Below are positions 12,138-27,306 of a stretch of DNA of 64,000 bases, piece after piece; the stretch's first letter is position 1; every line of letters begins with the position of its first letter. The notes under the pieces were generated by a model. The model did not search any database. It saw only the letters and a program-made list of their open reading frames with translations, and was not told the DNA's origin. The translations under genes were made by a program, and so were the position numbers. The stretch comes from the human T2T-CHM13v2.0 reference genome, Homo sapiens, in assembly GCF_009914755.1 (NCBI RefSeq), contig NC_060930.1; one strand, written 5' to 3'.

Positions 12138-13606
12138 CATCTCAGGGCGAACACGATGAAACCAGAAACAAAACAGAGCTCTTATAAGTATCGAAAGCAA
12201 AAAAGCACAGCAATTTAATTTAAGCAAGATAATTTGAAAATTTGCTGCACTAAAAGCTTAGAAGTGCCATTTCATTAAATTACGTTTTTTAATTCACTTT
12301 AAGATGAATGTCAGGCCAAAGCTATTTTATTACTATATGTTAGGATGGCATGAAGCAAATAGTCTCAAAATAAAATAATACACATCATTTAAATTTTATC
12401 TTACTGATTTTTTAAAGTGAAGTTTCGGATATTCAAGCCCATTTTTTTTTTTCCACATTAGTTAAAAACCGTTTCCTGGGGCCTTGGTTTACAGTCTGCG
12501 CATCCCCAGATGAGAAAGCCCTTGGGATAAACGGGTTTTCCCTCTGTGGCACAAAGTAGGCACTCAACATTGCTCTTCCAGAGTCAGTCCATAAGATCGG
12601 CTCATTCCTGCCAATGGAAGCAACAACAGCTCAGCCTGCCTTTGCACTGTCACTCTGGATAAATGCATAATTTCTGTCAGTCTGAAATAGTGAAAATAAC
12701 CATTCCCACCTTTGTGAATTTCTGGGGCTCTTTAGATCCCCCTCTGGAATATACATGGTCATGAGGTCCAGAGTCTTCACCCAGGCTGTCCCCCAGTCTT
12801 GGGGCAGCTTGACCTCCGGCTTCTGCTAGGTCCTCTCCTGCTTCTGGTCAGTCAATCCATTATCATTAGCCATGTGCTCCACAGAGCTGCTCCACCTACC
12901 ACTGAAATAAATCCCTTGGAGCATAGAAACCGCGTGGTCACACTCTGGCTTTCTCAGACACTTTTGTTCTCTTGGACCCTCTGGGAGGGGAGGAGATCTA
13001 CGCAGGCACCGAGATGGACATCCTGAGACTGCAGGCAGCCCCCACAGGAAGTGAGAGGCAGCCACACACACCTCGGCTTGCATTCTGGGTTGCGAAAGAA
13101 ACCATGTGGGGACTGTGGAGACCTCACTCACCCTCCAGCCTGCCCCTACCTGGGAGAAGATCCCGGGGCAGGGCCCCTGCCACTGAGCTGCTCTCCTCCA
13201 TCCGCCATGAGGACACCCGGGCCTTTCTTTGGTCACTCTGTTTCCCTGGATATTAGCTTCCCAAAGGAGAGCCCTCCTTAAATTCAAGCTCTGTTGTTTT
13301 TGCATAGACTTTTCGGTGTCAACTCTATTCCTAACTTCACCATCTGACAAAAAATTGTGTGGGTCCTTTAAGAAGGTCCCCCATCCCTAATTAGAGTTCT
13401 CTGGTAAGAAGATAACATATGCTTTTTAAATAACTTTTGATCATGAATGCCACAGAGATTTTCCTACTGAAAACACAGAGGAATCACAAGGGTCAAATAA
13501 GATAATCAGTTCAAAATGTACATGGACAGAGGAAAATCACCTAGGTCAATTCCTCGAGAGTCTGCAGCCAGAAGACTGAGGCTCTACCAGCAAGGGCAGT
13601 GGTGGG

Positions 13607-13932
13607 CAGCGGTCAGCAACCCCCAGCCTGCGGATCAGATCTGGCCTGCTGCCTGCTTTTGTACAGTCCATGAACTGAGAATGGTTTTTACATTTTTAAA
13701 TGGTCACAAAAAATCAAAAGATTATTTCATCACACATGGAGATTATACAAAATTAAAATCTCAGTGCCCGTAAGTAAAGCTTTATTGGAACACAGCCATA
13801 CCCACTCGTTTCCATATTGTCTATGGCTGCTTTCACACACAACAGCAGAATTGTCTTGATAGAGACTGTATGGCCCGCAAAGATGAAAATATTTACTATC
13901 TGGCCCTTTACAGAAAATGTTTGCCAACCCTG
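13607..13932. mobile_element. MER58B (hAT-Charlie) non-autonomous DNA transposon
   Basis: TIRs cagcggtcagcaa / ttgccaaccctg; internal tttattggaacacagccat and aaaatatttactatctggccctttacagaaaa. Confidence 0.88.
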
Positions 13933-14083
13933 GGCTAAGGTGATGTCTGTGTTTGCAGAAGGATGTCCACTCTGATTCTTACTGTTTTGTGCCTCTGGGC
14001 CTGTCTCCACACTAAGTCACAGGCAAGTCCTAATGCTGGTTTCAATTTCACACTAACCGGGTAAGCCAACACAACCCGCTAAA

Positions 14084-14703
14084 GCACACTCTTTTAACCT
14101 GTGGTCCCGAGTCAATTCAATGGGTCACAAAATTTAACTTGGTTGATTCTGCCCAGCATTTTCTTTAATGAAATACAGATAAAAATATCAAGGGAACTGT
14201 TATTGACTGAATTGTATCCCTCCAAAATTCATGATTGAAACCCTAAACCCTAGCACACATCAGAATGTGACTATATTTGCAGACAGGCCTTTAAAGAGGT
14301 AACAGAGTTAAAATGAGGTCATATGGGCAGACCACAACTCAATATGACTAGTATCCCTATAAGAGGAGGAGATTAGGACACAGATACACACAAAGGAAAG
14401 GCCATGTAAGGACAAAGAGAAAAGACAGCCATCTACAAGCCAAAGAGAGAGGCCTCAGGAGAAACCAAACCTGCTGACACTTTGATCTCGGACTTTTAAC
14501 TTCCAGAGCTGTGAGGGAATGAATTTCTGTTGTTTGAGCCATCCAGTCTATGATACTTTGTTATGGCAGCCATAGCAAATTAGTACAGGAATCACACAGA
14601 GCATTATTTTGTGGAGTTTTTGTTTCACTCACACATGTGGACTTGTGATATAAACATGTATTAAATTATTTGTGTCACACCAAAATAAATGGAAGAACAC
14701 TCT
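14084..14703. mobile_element. hAT-Charlie-like element split by MLT1B
   Basis: tgggtcacaaaat...ccagcattttctttaatgaaata...aaaatatca before the LTR, tcacac...tttttgtttca...gtcacaccaaaa after it. Confidence 0.5.
14198..14587 (+). mobile_element. MLT1B-like MaLR solo LTR (390 bp)
   Basis: TG...CA ends; cagaatgtgactatatttg...gagaggcctcaggagaaaccaaacctgctgacac; TSD ggaac/ggaat. Confidence 0.9.
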
Positions 14704-14789
14704 ACCAGAGGGAGAAAAATACATGTTTGGTAGCAAAATCAGAAACAGAAGGGTGTTCTAATTGAACCAAGACACAGAAAGAGAAAAGA

Positions 14790-14940
14790 GTACTGAACAT
14801 ATTAGGCACTTTGCATATATTATCTCATTTTAGTCCTCACAGTAACCCTACGCAATAGGTCTTCACCTGATAAAGAAACTAAAGCATTGAGAAGTAACCT
14901 ACTGAGGTGGCAGAGCCAGATCTGACTCCAAAGCTTATGT
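14790..14940 (-). mobile_element. MIR SINE
   Basis: cactttgcatatattatctcattttagtcctcacagtaacccta...gtggcagagccag. Confidence 0.7.
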
Positions 14941-15032
14941 ATTATTTCTCATGATGAATCAATTTCTATTTCTATATTCCTGAGAGTAGGTTGAGATTGT
15001 AGTTAGGCAATAAATAAGGGAAACGATTTATA

Positions 15033-15282
15033 AATAATAATAGCTAACATTTACTAAATACTTACTGTGTGCCAGGTTCTGGGCTAGGCTTAACATAAAC
15101 CTCACTTTATCCTTATTAATAACCCAATGGCTTAGACTCTATCACTATTTTTTTCAGTTGAAGAATCTGAATGTAGAAGAAATCATTTAACTTGGCCAAG
15201 ATGACAAAGCTGGTAAGTTGAAGACCCAGGATTTGAACCTTCATTAGTCTGACGTTTGAGCTAGAGCTCTTGCCCACCACAA
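15033..15282 (-). mobile_element. MIR SINE
   Basis: aataataatagctaacatttact...cttactgtgtgccagg...aacttggccaag...ccaggatttgaacc. Confidence 0.85.
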
Positions 15283-15320
15283 ATGTTCTCTTTTAATTGT
15301 ATTTATTGCCAATCTAAGTA

Positions 15321-15659
15321 CAGCCATGTGCCACATAATGAAATTTCAGTCAGTGACAGACCACATATATGACAATGGTCCCCTAAGATTACAATGCTGA
15401 TATTTTTTACTGTGCTTTTTCTATGTTTAGATACACAAATATTTACCATTGTGTTATAATTACCTACAGTATTTAGTACAATAACATGCTGTTCAGGTTT
15501 GTAACCAGAAGCAGTGGGCTATACCATAGAGACTAGGTGTGTAGTAGGTTATACCATCTAGGTTTGTGTAAGTGTACTCTATGATGTTTACACAATGACA
15601 AAATCACCTAATGATGCTTTTCTCAGAATGTATCCCTGTCCTGAAGCAACGCGTGACTG
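15321..15659. mobile_element. Tigger3a/MER7A-like TcMar DNA transposon
   Basis: TA TSD at 15319-15320 and 15660-15661; TIR cagccatgtgccacataa / gcaacgcgtgactg; internal taccatctaggtttgtgtaagt. Confidence 0.88.
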
Positions 15660-16748
15660 TACATAACTATCTGCTGGTGGTCTCCAATTGAAGAAAAAAA
15701 ATGCATACTTTTTATCATACATCCAATAAACACTAACTGAGCACATATTATGTGCCAGGCCCTGTTCTGAGAGCTGGGGATCCTGCCATCATGGTGATGC
15801 TATGGGTAAGAAACCTTAATGATGTAACCACACCATGCTGATTGAAATCCCCTCGTGGGTAAGGGGAGTGGCAGGTAAGATTCAGGTGGGTTGAAGGCAC
15901 AGGCCAATGAAATTGCAGAAATTGTAGAAAATGAGATGATGAGTCAGGATTACTAAACAGAAATTTTTAGTAATTTTATTTAATATTTATTGTATCCAGG
16001 TTCACCTGTCATGTGGTCATGTCTTATCTGGAGGTTTTTCAATGGCAGGGGCTATATCATACTTTAAAACACCCACCTCAGTGCTTGGCATAGTGCATAG
16101 TAGTTTGAATTTACTATTTTTTTAATAATGTTGTTTCCAAGAAAGATGTACAGAAGTTACTCAGGGATTTTCAGATGTAATGACAAGAGTCAGACAATCC
16201 TTGGAAAGTCTCAGTAGTGGAGGATAGATCATGCTGCATGTTATCAGGGTCATGAGCAAAGAAATAAATGTTTAACTGAAACAGTTTTAGTTAAATCAAA
16301 TGGGAAACTAGTACGATGGCTAAGCAATCAGAATGAGTGCCTGGTAACAAAAATGTGAGGACAAAAAATTAGGCTGAGTGAAAGGAAAACAGGATACGGA
16401 ATATTAAGATTTTTAATGTATTTGTGGCAAATAAATTTTTCCTAAGGTTTTTTTGCTTTTAATTTAGAATTTTTATGTATAGAATTTTTATATTTTCACC
16501 AAACCTAGTAATCCTTTCATGAAGAAATAACCAGAGAAGTGAGCAAATATTTTCACTCCAGAATGTTTAGTACAGCATTATTTATAATCTCAAATATGAG
16601 AATATTTAACTGCATAGTAATAGGATAGTGAATGGTTAAATAAATTAGTCTGCTCACACAATGGAAAACTTCAGTTATTATTCAATTACATTAGAAAACA
16701 ATCACAACTTAATATTAAATGAAAGAAGCAACAAGCTCAAAATCAAAG

Positions 16749-16752
<4 letters not shown>

Positions 16753-16811
<59 letters not shown>
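16753..16811. repeat. Compound (TA)n(CA)n microsatellite
   Basis: Read directly. Confidence 0.97.
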
Positions 16812-16851
16812 TGACACACCCCTCCCAAAAACGACAAAATAAATACATCTT

Positions 16852-17146
<295 letters not shown>

Positions 17147-17694
17147 CTAGTTTAAATACATCTTAACATTGCTATCTCAATATGGTGTGATTAAGAGATA
17201 TTTTCATTTTCTTCTTTATAGCTTACCAAATTTTCTACAAGTAAAATTTTAAAGTCAGGAAAAAAAAGTTATTTAAATAAGTTTAAATCAAAGAGAAAGT
17301 ATACACATAGCACCTCTACTGTGCATCTCTAATTTGCTGAAGACCTTAGCCACCAGAGGCCTCAACCACACTGGCACATGTCGCAAATTCTGGTAATGTT
17401 ATTTTAAATAAATATATTCATATATTCCTAAACTCGCCTGCAAAGAGGTTTCAAAACAGATTCAGCAGTGGCCAAGGGCAGTCCCCAGGATGAGATGACA
17501 CATTTTAGTGAATTCTTTGACTTTGACAATACATTCATTTAACAAATATTTACTGAGTGCCTGTCATGCTCCTGGCACTCCGTTAGGTACCAGGGGGTCA
17601 AACTGGGTCCCCGGGAACAAATGACCCATTGGGCTGACATTTGTCCTACATACCCTGATCCTTGCAAGATGCGGTGGAAGTCTGGGCTGGGTAG

Positions 17695-17860
17695 TAACTG
17701 GGCAGACCTGTTCTCAATTCTCCCACCTCATCTGGGCTCTGACCCTTCCTGGATGTGTGGCTCTGAGAAAGGCTGGCTTCACCTCTCTGGCTCTGGCTGC
17801 CTCATTTGTAAAACAAGGATAATCCTGACCCAGTTCGTGGCACTGTGGTGAAGAATAAAC
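17695..17860 (+). mobile_element. MIR SINE
   Basis: cagacctgttctcaattctc...cttcacctctctggctctggctgcctcatttgtaaaacaaggataat. Confidence 0.6.
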
Positions 17861-20800
17861 AAAAAGCGTTCTGGGCTTGTTTTTATCTATACAGTGCCAG
17901 ATGGATTCTACATGTTAATAGCTACTGTTGTTTCCTTCCTTTGAAAATTGTATATTTACTCTTTAGGAAACATAAAGGGTCAGAAATAAAGTTCAGTGAT
18001 TAAAGGGATATTCCATATTTTTCTTCCTCAGAATATCCAGATTAACAATTACAGAAATGAACACCCATGTTTCCAACCACAGCCAAAAGTAAAGTGGAAC
18101 TGGAAGATCTTGAAACGTTCAGGAACCATTCCAAGGACAAATCTAGGTGAGATGCTACCAGTCATTAGGGAAATAGTTCAATTATGATGAGCACTTCAAA
18201 AATCTAATAAGATTCACTTACAGTTTTTCCTCTCTCCCTTTTAGGAAGGGTGATTCTAAAAAAGCAACGTTCAAAAATAAACAAGTTTTTAAAAATTTAA
18301 CATTTCTAAGAAAAGACTCAAGGGCACAGGAAGGATGCCAACCATATGTCCAAATCAGAAGTAAATGTGCAGATATATCCTGTCTCTCTCCCAAACTGAA
18401 CTCACTTCCCAAACATTGGGAACATTTGTAAAAATTAGAAGATGAGGTGGAAATAGAGGTGGGGAGAGGGAAAAATACAGAGACATTAAAATGGGATGTG
18501 CCTAGTTGAGATGTTTCCCTTTACTGGCTATTGACATGACTTAATAACAAGTGTACCAATACACTGACAGAGAAAGTGCAACTCTAACCCCCTGGTGTTC
18601 GCATTTTATGTGAAAGATTAAGGATATTTTCCCAGATACATACTACTAATTTCTGACATCTTCCGTCTCCTTGTGGTCCTTTCATCAAGTAAGGATTGGT
18701 AAATGGTATTAATAGGTTCAGACAGCTTCACAATATCTGGACTAAAATCCCCCTACCCCTCAGTTCTCCGTTTCATGATGCTGCCTGTCCAGAGCCACTG
18801 AGGCAGGGCAGGGCACAAGTGGTTCAGGTGAATGGACATCTCCACTGCCCCCTGTCTGTGAGGCTGTCACTTGTGCAATTCCCTTCTTACTGCACCCATG
18901 CCTTGTCCACCCTTGTTATGTGGGAGTCCCGCACACGCCAGCTCCCCTGTGGAAACGTGCAGGGAAGGCAGCCACGGGTGACATTTCCAGCACTGGTTAA
19001 ATATGGACAAACCTCGCAGCTTCCCACCCAGGTAGGGCAGTCCTGTACAAATGGTAACCGGCAGGGTTTATTCCGAAGGACACGAGTGTGCCATGATATA
19101 TTCAGTAGTTGCTGTACTTTTAAAAAGGGAGTTGTAAAAATTATCTTTAAAATGCTTGTTGATGCCCTGTGGGTATGAGTCACTTTGTGAAGCAGGATCA
19201 AAATGGATTCTCTATTACGGGTTTCTGCTGGCTCTTTGATTCTAAACAACTTTATTAATGTTAATAGGAGTTATATACACATCAATGAGAGAATAAATTC
19301 CCAGGGTTTAGTGGAGCTTCCATTAATGATCTGTAATAAGCAACGTAAAATGCTTTCAAATTTTCTTTCAAGTAATAACACGGTACCCCAGAAGAGCTGA
19401 AAATGAGGCACAGGTCTCAGCACAGGGTAGGAAGGATCCGGGGGATGGGAGAAACAAGGCTCTACAGCTTGTGGGAGGCTCTGTGGGACGAGTCCTCACA
19501 GCCACTCACGGGAGTGGAGCAGGAGGGATGGACACAACTTGCCGAAGGGATATTGAATATGAGGAAGGGAGGAAAAGAAAACGTACAAAAAGTGAGCTTG
19601 ATGCAGAAGGAATTTACTATGATCTAAAACGGGAACGACTGCAACCGCGCTTCCTAAATCTGTCACAGGCTCATCCCATTTTTTTCTGAGCTTAAGTTAA
19701 TACTATTCACTGGCTTACAAAAATACCCACTAAGATGAAAATGGGAATTTAAGTTCCAAGGATGATGCCACAGAATTCCTAATGAACAGGTTATTTTGCA
19801 GTGACACAGAGCTCTGCCTCAAATGTCTGGAAGCCCAGCTTTAGATTTAACCCTCTCCTGCCCACATCTCCAGTTCTCTCCTCAACTCTTCTCATGGGAA
19901 ATCAAATGCCAGATTACTGATATCCCCAGAGGATAGCAACCCATGGGGGCTGCAGCAGACAGACAAGTATAAATGGCAAATGACTAACTTCCATGATTTA
20001 AGAAAAGAATAGAGCAAAATTTGAATCTAAAAGTCTAATCACTATTTGCTCGTTCATACTTAGTCACCTTACACTTCCTTACATTTCATCCTGATGCTTC
20101 ACAGACAGTAGAAGGACCTCTGCCAACAAATTACAAGTCCACAACATTAAGGATTAGATGCACAGTGGGAGAAGAATGGGGATGTGTACATTTAGCCACT
20201 GAGAGTCTAGTTTCATACCTGAGAGATCTGGAAACACTGTGTGCACCGCTGGTGATGCTGCAGGTGGCCAAGCAACGCTCAAACCACTGGCAACAACAGG
20301 GTAGTATCTTGATCTTCTGGCTCAGTGGTCACTTCCCACACAGCAGATTTTAGAGCACTTCAGGTTTAAGGGGGTACTGAATTTACATATTCCAAGGTAA
20401 ACCATGGCCATCATCATCAAGGCAGAGCTCCATACACCGTGTACATTTTATTTAGAATTAGGTGGCTTTTCAAAGGAGCTCCCCATTTTTCTTTTATCAC
20501 CTGCCTAGTTGCCAGGAAGCAGAATAAATGCCAATTCTTACGACATGTAGTTTAATTGAACAAATATATATAGACATTTGTTGGCTAGGGAAATGATTGG
20601 TTGGATAATGCTGGAATACCAAAATTCAACAGAACTTCCGTACCAGCCACTTAGACACATCAGTGAATACGTCGTTCACTCTCAATTCTCAGTAAACTGG
20701 GGAGTCTCTCCAGTAGTCCAGATCCTACTAGAAAAACATAAGCCACTTATAAAAGTAGCAAGTGTATCTGAGACTGTGACAAATGAAAACAGTGCCTGGG

Positions 20801-21132
20801 TTGTGCACTGTTTTTGTCTTACTCCTTCCTCTCACTTCCATTGGTATTAGACATACATATATATGGGTGTTCTGTGGACAAACCATATGTGAGCATTCTT
20901 TGAGAAAATGGCTTTGCCTCCATCTCAGCTCCCCACAACTCCTGGCTTAAATCTGTTAGGCACCAGGGGAAGATCTCTGTGTAATGAATGACTAAACAAG
21001 GTGCAAGACACTGGATAGATGACAATGAAGGGAATAGAGAAGCACCAGACACCATCTCAGCATTCAAAATGTTTGTAGCCTACTTGGCAGATAAGCAATA
21101 TACATATCCCACATTAACTAACAATGCAATAC

Positions 21133-21848
<716 letters not shown>

Positions 21849-24394
21849 CTTTCTGGCTGAAAAAAAAAAAAAAATTCATTGGATTTACAATGCAGCATCT
21901 TATTCCTTTGTGGGACAGGAACGTAGTAGAGCCACAGTCCACTTAACCACTATTTACCAACATAGATGTAGAGTGGGTTTCTTAAATAAACTGGGAAAAA
22001 GTCCTAGATTTCTCAATCATACATGATTTTCTTGGCTAGGAAATCGTATAATCTGGGACCAGAAGATGACCAGAATCTAGTTCTTCTAAGGGAGAAAAAT
22101 GGAAATCCAGCAGCCTAGCTGTTTACCCACTTTTCTTTATTAAAAAGCCTCCACCTGCTTTGAAGACTGTTCACAAGATCCTCCAACTGCCTCAAAACAT
22201 CTGCTTCCCACTAACCCTCAAAGGCCATTTGGAGTTCCAAGGCCAAGCTCCTGCTTCATCCCTTGAGCACTGCTTTTGGCTAACTGGTAGTATTAATATT
22301 CTGGATATTCCAAATCACTCTGCCCTTCAGGGGCACTCCTCTGAAAGTATTAATTCAATCACTTCAAATATTTGGGCTTCATTATAACCTTTTTTTCTCT
22401 CCCAAATCATGCCACTTTTATGGCTTGACTGTGGAAGTAAGGTTTTACCCCACAATCTTTTTTTTTTAAGTCAACCGGTAACATTAATAAATGTCCAAGA
22501 GGTTTTCTTATTCCTAAACTACTCTGAATTGAGGACTGCAAATTATAAAACTGATCAGATCCCAGCCAGTTTCATTCATCATATATCCTCAGCTGTTTAG
22601 TTTCACATTCTGTTTCATATTCTCCAATCTGTGAAGAGTCAAGTATAAATACTGTTAGTATCATGGAAGGAAGTAATCCACTTCATAGTGTTTTGAACCA
22701 GTGACTCCTGGGGCATGGGGGTGTGGGGTAGGTGGGGAAAGACCACAGAGATAAAGGGTTAACACAGAAACTTGAATAACAGTCTTTGCTTATGGCTTTG
22801 ACTGGCTAACATTTAACACCATTGCTCCTGAGATTAAAATGAAACAACTTGCCAAGGATAATTTCATTCTTGCAGCCAACAGCGCAAATGTAGAGTTTCC
22901 TGAAGGAATAATCTGCGGAAATGCACAGCTTCCCAAAGCAGCCATGGTATGTTAATATGGGATATTTTGCTTTCCAAGGAAACACCAAAAAAATATCCAT
23001 AGTGTTAGGAATGGAGCAAACCACATGAGAAGAGAACAGGAAAAGCTTCTTCTCTCCCAGAAATGACCTCCTCCCCTCAAAATGGTTTCCCACGTGCTAA
23101 TTGACTGCGGGGATGAGACAGTGTGGATACAGCTACTAGTTTCACTTAAGTCTTCTTATGCTGAAACCCACAGTTTACATCAAAAGCTGCTAAAGTAAAC
23201 CAAATAAACCAAAATGGAACATTTCATTCCTGTGTATTTAAAGGCAGGAAGAGACATCATCGTTCTGAAAATATACGAGGGCCATGCTTAAGGATTCAGA
23301 AAAACAGGCCAAAGTCAGGCTTGAAGAACACCCACATCCCCTGTGATCATAAAACCCTCAGATTTTATGGGGGAACTGGGGGGAACTGGGGAACAGAGAC
23401 CTCAGCTTTAGAAGCGGCACCCTCTGTTCTGGGCATTCCTTTCTTCCCAGGTGGATGCTGTAGAGGTCCCCAGTAGCTCATAAGCAGACTACTGGGACTG
23501 CGGCTTTCCAGCATCCCTGTTCCACACAGGAATAGGATGCTACATCGCAAAACCAATGAATTTTTTAAAAAATCCAGAAGGAGGTAAAACTTTAAGTTTC
23601 TCTTTCATTCTATTGAGTAGCTGGATTTTGGAAACAAACACACCATGCCCTAAATTACGTCCAATGCAATAAATGGCACAACCTGAATTTTTGGTCCCTA
23701 GTCTTTGTTCACTGGGGTATAACACATAATCAGCCTCTTGGTAACAAGGGGATACTTAGGCAGTACTTACACCAACAGAAAAGAAAACGAGGGCTGTGAC
23801 TCATAAGCAGTATGTGGTCCTTCCCACCAGTGGGTACTGTGGCGTTGTGTGGAAACTTGGAGGCTTTAATAAGAATCTGCTACGTCAGCACCATGTAATA
23901 TAATAGAAAGAACTCAGTGAGGACTTCAGAAACCCTGATGCTGCTCTAGGCTTCGCTGGTCATTTCTCCTGTGATTTGAGTCACCACATCACTTCCTTAG
24001 TCCTCAGCTTCTTTATCAAAGTACACCAGGTGATTCTTATGTTTCTTCCAGGCCTCTCTGCCTTAAACCTAACCCAGGGGTTAACCTCCAGGAGTCCTTT
24101 TCAGCCTGCTTCAGCCTTTCTAACAGGCCTCCCCTTAATCTAGTGCCCTTTCTGCTACCCCGAGATAAACACCACATGACTCGAAGTGTGTTTGCCAGAC
24201 AACTGTTTAGTCCTACAAGGCGTTTTACATGTATGGCCAAGGAGCAGGAACACTATCTTTGAAGGCTTCTTTTCTACCAGCGAAGAGGCTGGCAACCACA
24301 ACCCCTCTTAGCCTTGGCATTCCCATCACTAAAGTGGGACAGACATCTTTCTCACGGAGCTGTCAAATATCAGGTTCTAAGCCATTGTGAACAC

Positions 24395-24545
24395 TGCCAG
24401 ATACAATTCATGATGTCTGGATAAGCGTGAATTTCAGATACACAATTTGGGACATACTTACATTAAAAATTATACATCGTTTATCTGAGATACAAATTTA
24501 ACTGGGTGTCCTATATTTTGCTGTTTGCCAAATCTGGCAACTCTA
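24395..24545. mobile_element. MER53 (hAT) MITE with internal deletion
   Basis: tgccagata...gaatttcagata...tgggacatactta...gtttatctgagatacaaatttaactgggtgtcct...aaatctggcaactcta. Confidence 0.8.
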
Positions 24546-26754
24546 CACATGTGAGACGCTGCTGTTGTTGGTCTTAGGTACCAGGCTGCCTCACCAAACC
24601 AGTCTTTACGCAGAATAAAACAAGGGTCCATGTGGTTCAGGTTCCTTCTGCCCTCCTACACTGGCCCCCTTTCTGCTCCTCCTATCGGCTTCACAGCATT
24701 ACACATCCCACCTGGCTCCCTTCTTCCTGAGGCACCTGAATTGTCTACTGACCACCCTTCCAAGCACAGCCCCCTCCCCCTTCCCTTGGTTGAACAAGCT
24801 GGCTGAATTAACTCATACACATGCATCACTGATCATTTAATGAGTCATCAGCCCCCTCTGAAACCACTGCTTTTTCTTTAAAGGTCATTTACAACCTCAA
24901 ATTAAAATGACTGAATTACAGGCCGTGTAAAAGTTGAAGTGGAAAAAAAAGTAGGCAGAGGGGTGGGGGAAGCTGGGACCACTTAGGAGCTGGCTCTCAC
25001 AGTAGTTCCTCCAGCGTGTTTCTGCTTTTCCTAGTCTTTTCCTTTTCTTCTGAGCCCACAACAGCTCTTGAGGCAGTTGAAGACCCTGTAGATAAGGGAA
25101 AAAAGGAACGGGGAAGTGGGATGGGTGCAGTAGGAAGCTGGGGTTTACGTGTAGACTGGTCACCACATTCTTCCCACGCAGTTCCTAGGGTGCCCCAGCA
25201 CTAGCATCTAATTTAGATTGTAGAAAACACAAAGCCTGACTGAACTTTCTCCTTTTTAACCAGCTTGTGTTCGGAGATGAAATACAATTGCACGAGCTTG
25301 TAACTCCTGGAACCTGGACGTTGGTCAAATATAACCCCAGGGGCCATAAAGAACCATCTCTCTCTTTCCAGAGCACATCAGTCTAGATGGCTCTGAAGGC
25401 TAACCAGAGGAGGAGGGGGTGGGACACACTTGCATCAGTATTACTCAAGCACCCCTGACTGGGTCAGGAGGACACCCCTTCGGCCCAGCTCTGCCCTCCT
25501 GGAAGGATCCCTGTCCCTAGGTTATTCGGTCCAAGATGACCCTTCACCTTCATGCCCACAACCCATCAGCTAACAGCATTTCACCAAACCACCAAAAGGA
25601 AAAGGCTTGAAACAAAGTAAATCACAAAATGTGGCAAAACAGATAGTGTACTATCCTTCTCAGGCAATTAGCCTCAGCAGAGTGACCCTCATAGGACCTT
25701 TGCAGGAGATGGAGCTGCTGAATGTCCCGGCCCACTATTGAAGGTGAGGTAAATTATTACCAACTGGGGACCAAGAAATTCTGTCTTATAATTTTGCAAT
25801 ACCCACTGCAGAGAGCTGCTGGCACCTGGGCATGCTGACTCAGTGGAATGCACCTTCCCATTATCTTCATATCTTCCTAACTATGCCGAGACTAGGGTGG
25901 GAAATGTTTTAGATGGTAGGAGTGGGAGTGGGAGGCTGAGAATCCTACATGCCCCAAGAGCTTCACATTCTTATTCAATCCTCCCAACAGCCTAGGAAGG
26001 AGAAATGGACCCCTGGGTCCACGCAGGATTTGAATTCATGTCTTCCGGACCCCAGCGCTGATTGTCCTCCACACGCTATTTGTTTCATTCAGAGTGCTGA
26101 GCTCTGATTTCACGTTTCCCTTGGAAGAATGGAATGTTGATGCCTTTTCTGGCTGCGCTGTGTGTGACAGGGACAGACTACTCATTTCATGGGCTTATAA
26201 CAAGGGATCTACTGAGGGATTTATTTTAACAGAGGACTTATTTATAATATTTTTTGTAGGAAAACAGTGTCTTGTATTTAGTTACATTTCATATCTTGAG
26301 TTGTACTTTTGTAGCACACAAGAATTTGTTTCTCAGCAGACGATGGTGAGGAACTCCAGGGCAAAATAGACACTGGGCTTTACTCCTGGATAATGGAAAA
26401 TGGCCTCTTCAGAATCTTGTGCAGTGAGCCAGGGAAGTCTGGTCACTCCTGCTAATGGATCAGTTCACTGTTGTTAACAAGGAGTTAAAAGAGCAATTCT
26501 TCCACTCTCTCTCAAATTAGTTTGATTTCTTGACTTTGTATTATACTGTATTTTTAAAGGATAGTTCTTCTTTACAGCCAGCAGGAGTTTCTCTTGATTA
26601 CTCACTCACTTACCCCCAGGTAAGACTAACACATGGCACAAAAAGCAGGGATCGAGTGCCCTTTATCTAGTCACCTGTTCAGAGGGCTGCCCAGGCTTGG
26701 GTGCTATGTTATCAGGTTCTGCATCCAGTCAACTACAAAAGGTTAATCATTGCA

Positions 26755-26876
26755 AGAGCCTTAGAGGCATCCTAAGTGTCTCCAAATGAATAGGTTGGGA
26801 GGTGAGGCCTGGAACCTGCATTTTCATAACTTCCCCAGGGGGTTCTGAAGCACCCCCAGGTTTGGGGACCACACTG
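26755..26876. mobile_element. MER5 fragment
   Basis: taggttgggaggtgaggcctggaacctgcattttcataacttccccagggggttctgaagca...tttggggaccacactg. Confidence 0.65.
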
Positions 26877-26910
26877 GTATAGAACACCCTGCTATTAAAG
26901 GTGAGGTCAG

Positions 26911-27235
<325 letters not shown>

Positions 27236-27306
27236 TCAGTCCCTCTGGAACCACTCAGCTTTGCTGTGTTACAAAGGCACTGAAGCAGCAAATCTGCAAA
27301 CACACT

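Noticed and set aside
18696-19249. Overlapping 160-aa and 120-aa ORFs
   Set aside because: No recognisable homology, non-ATG starts and no clear splice sites; lengths are compatible with chance.
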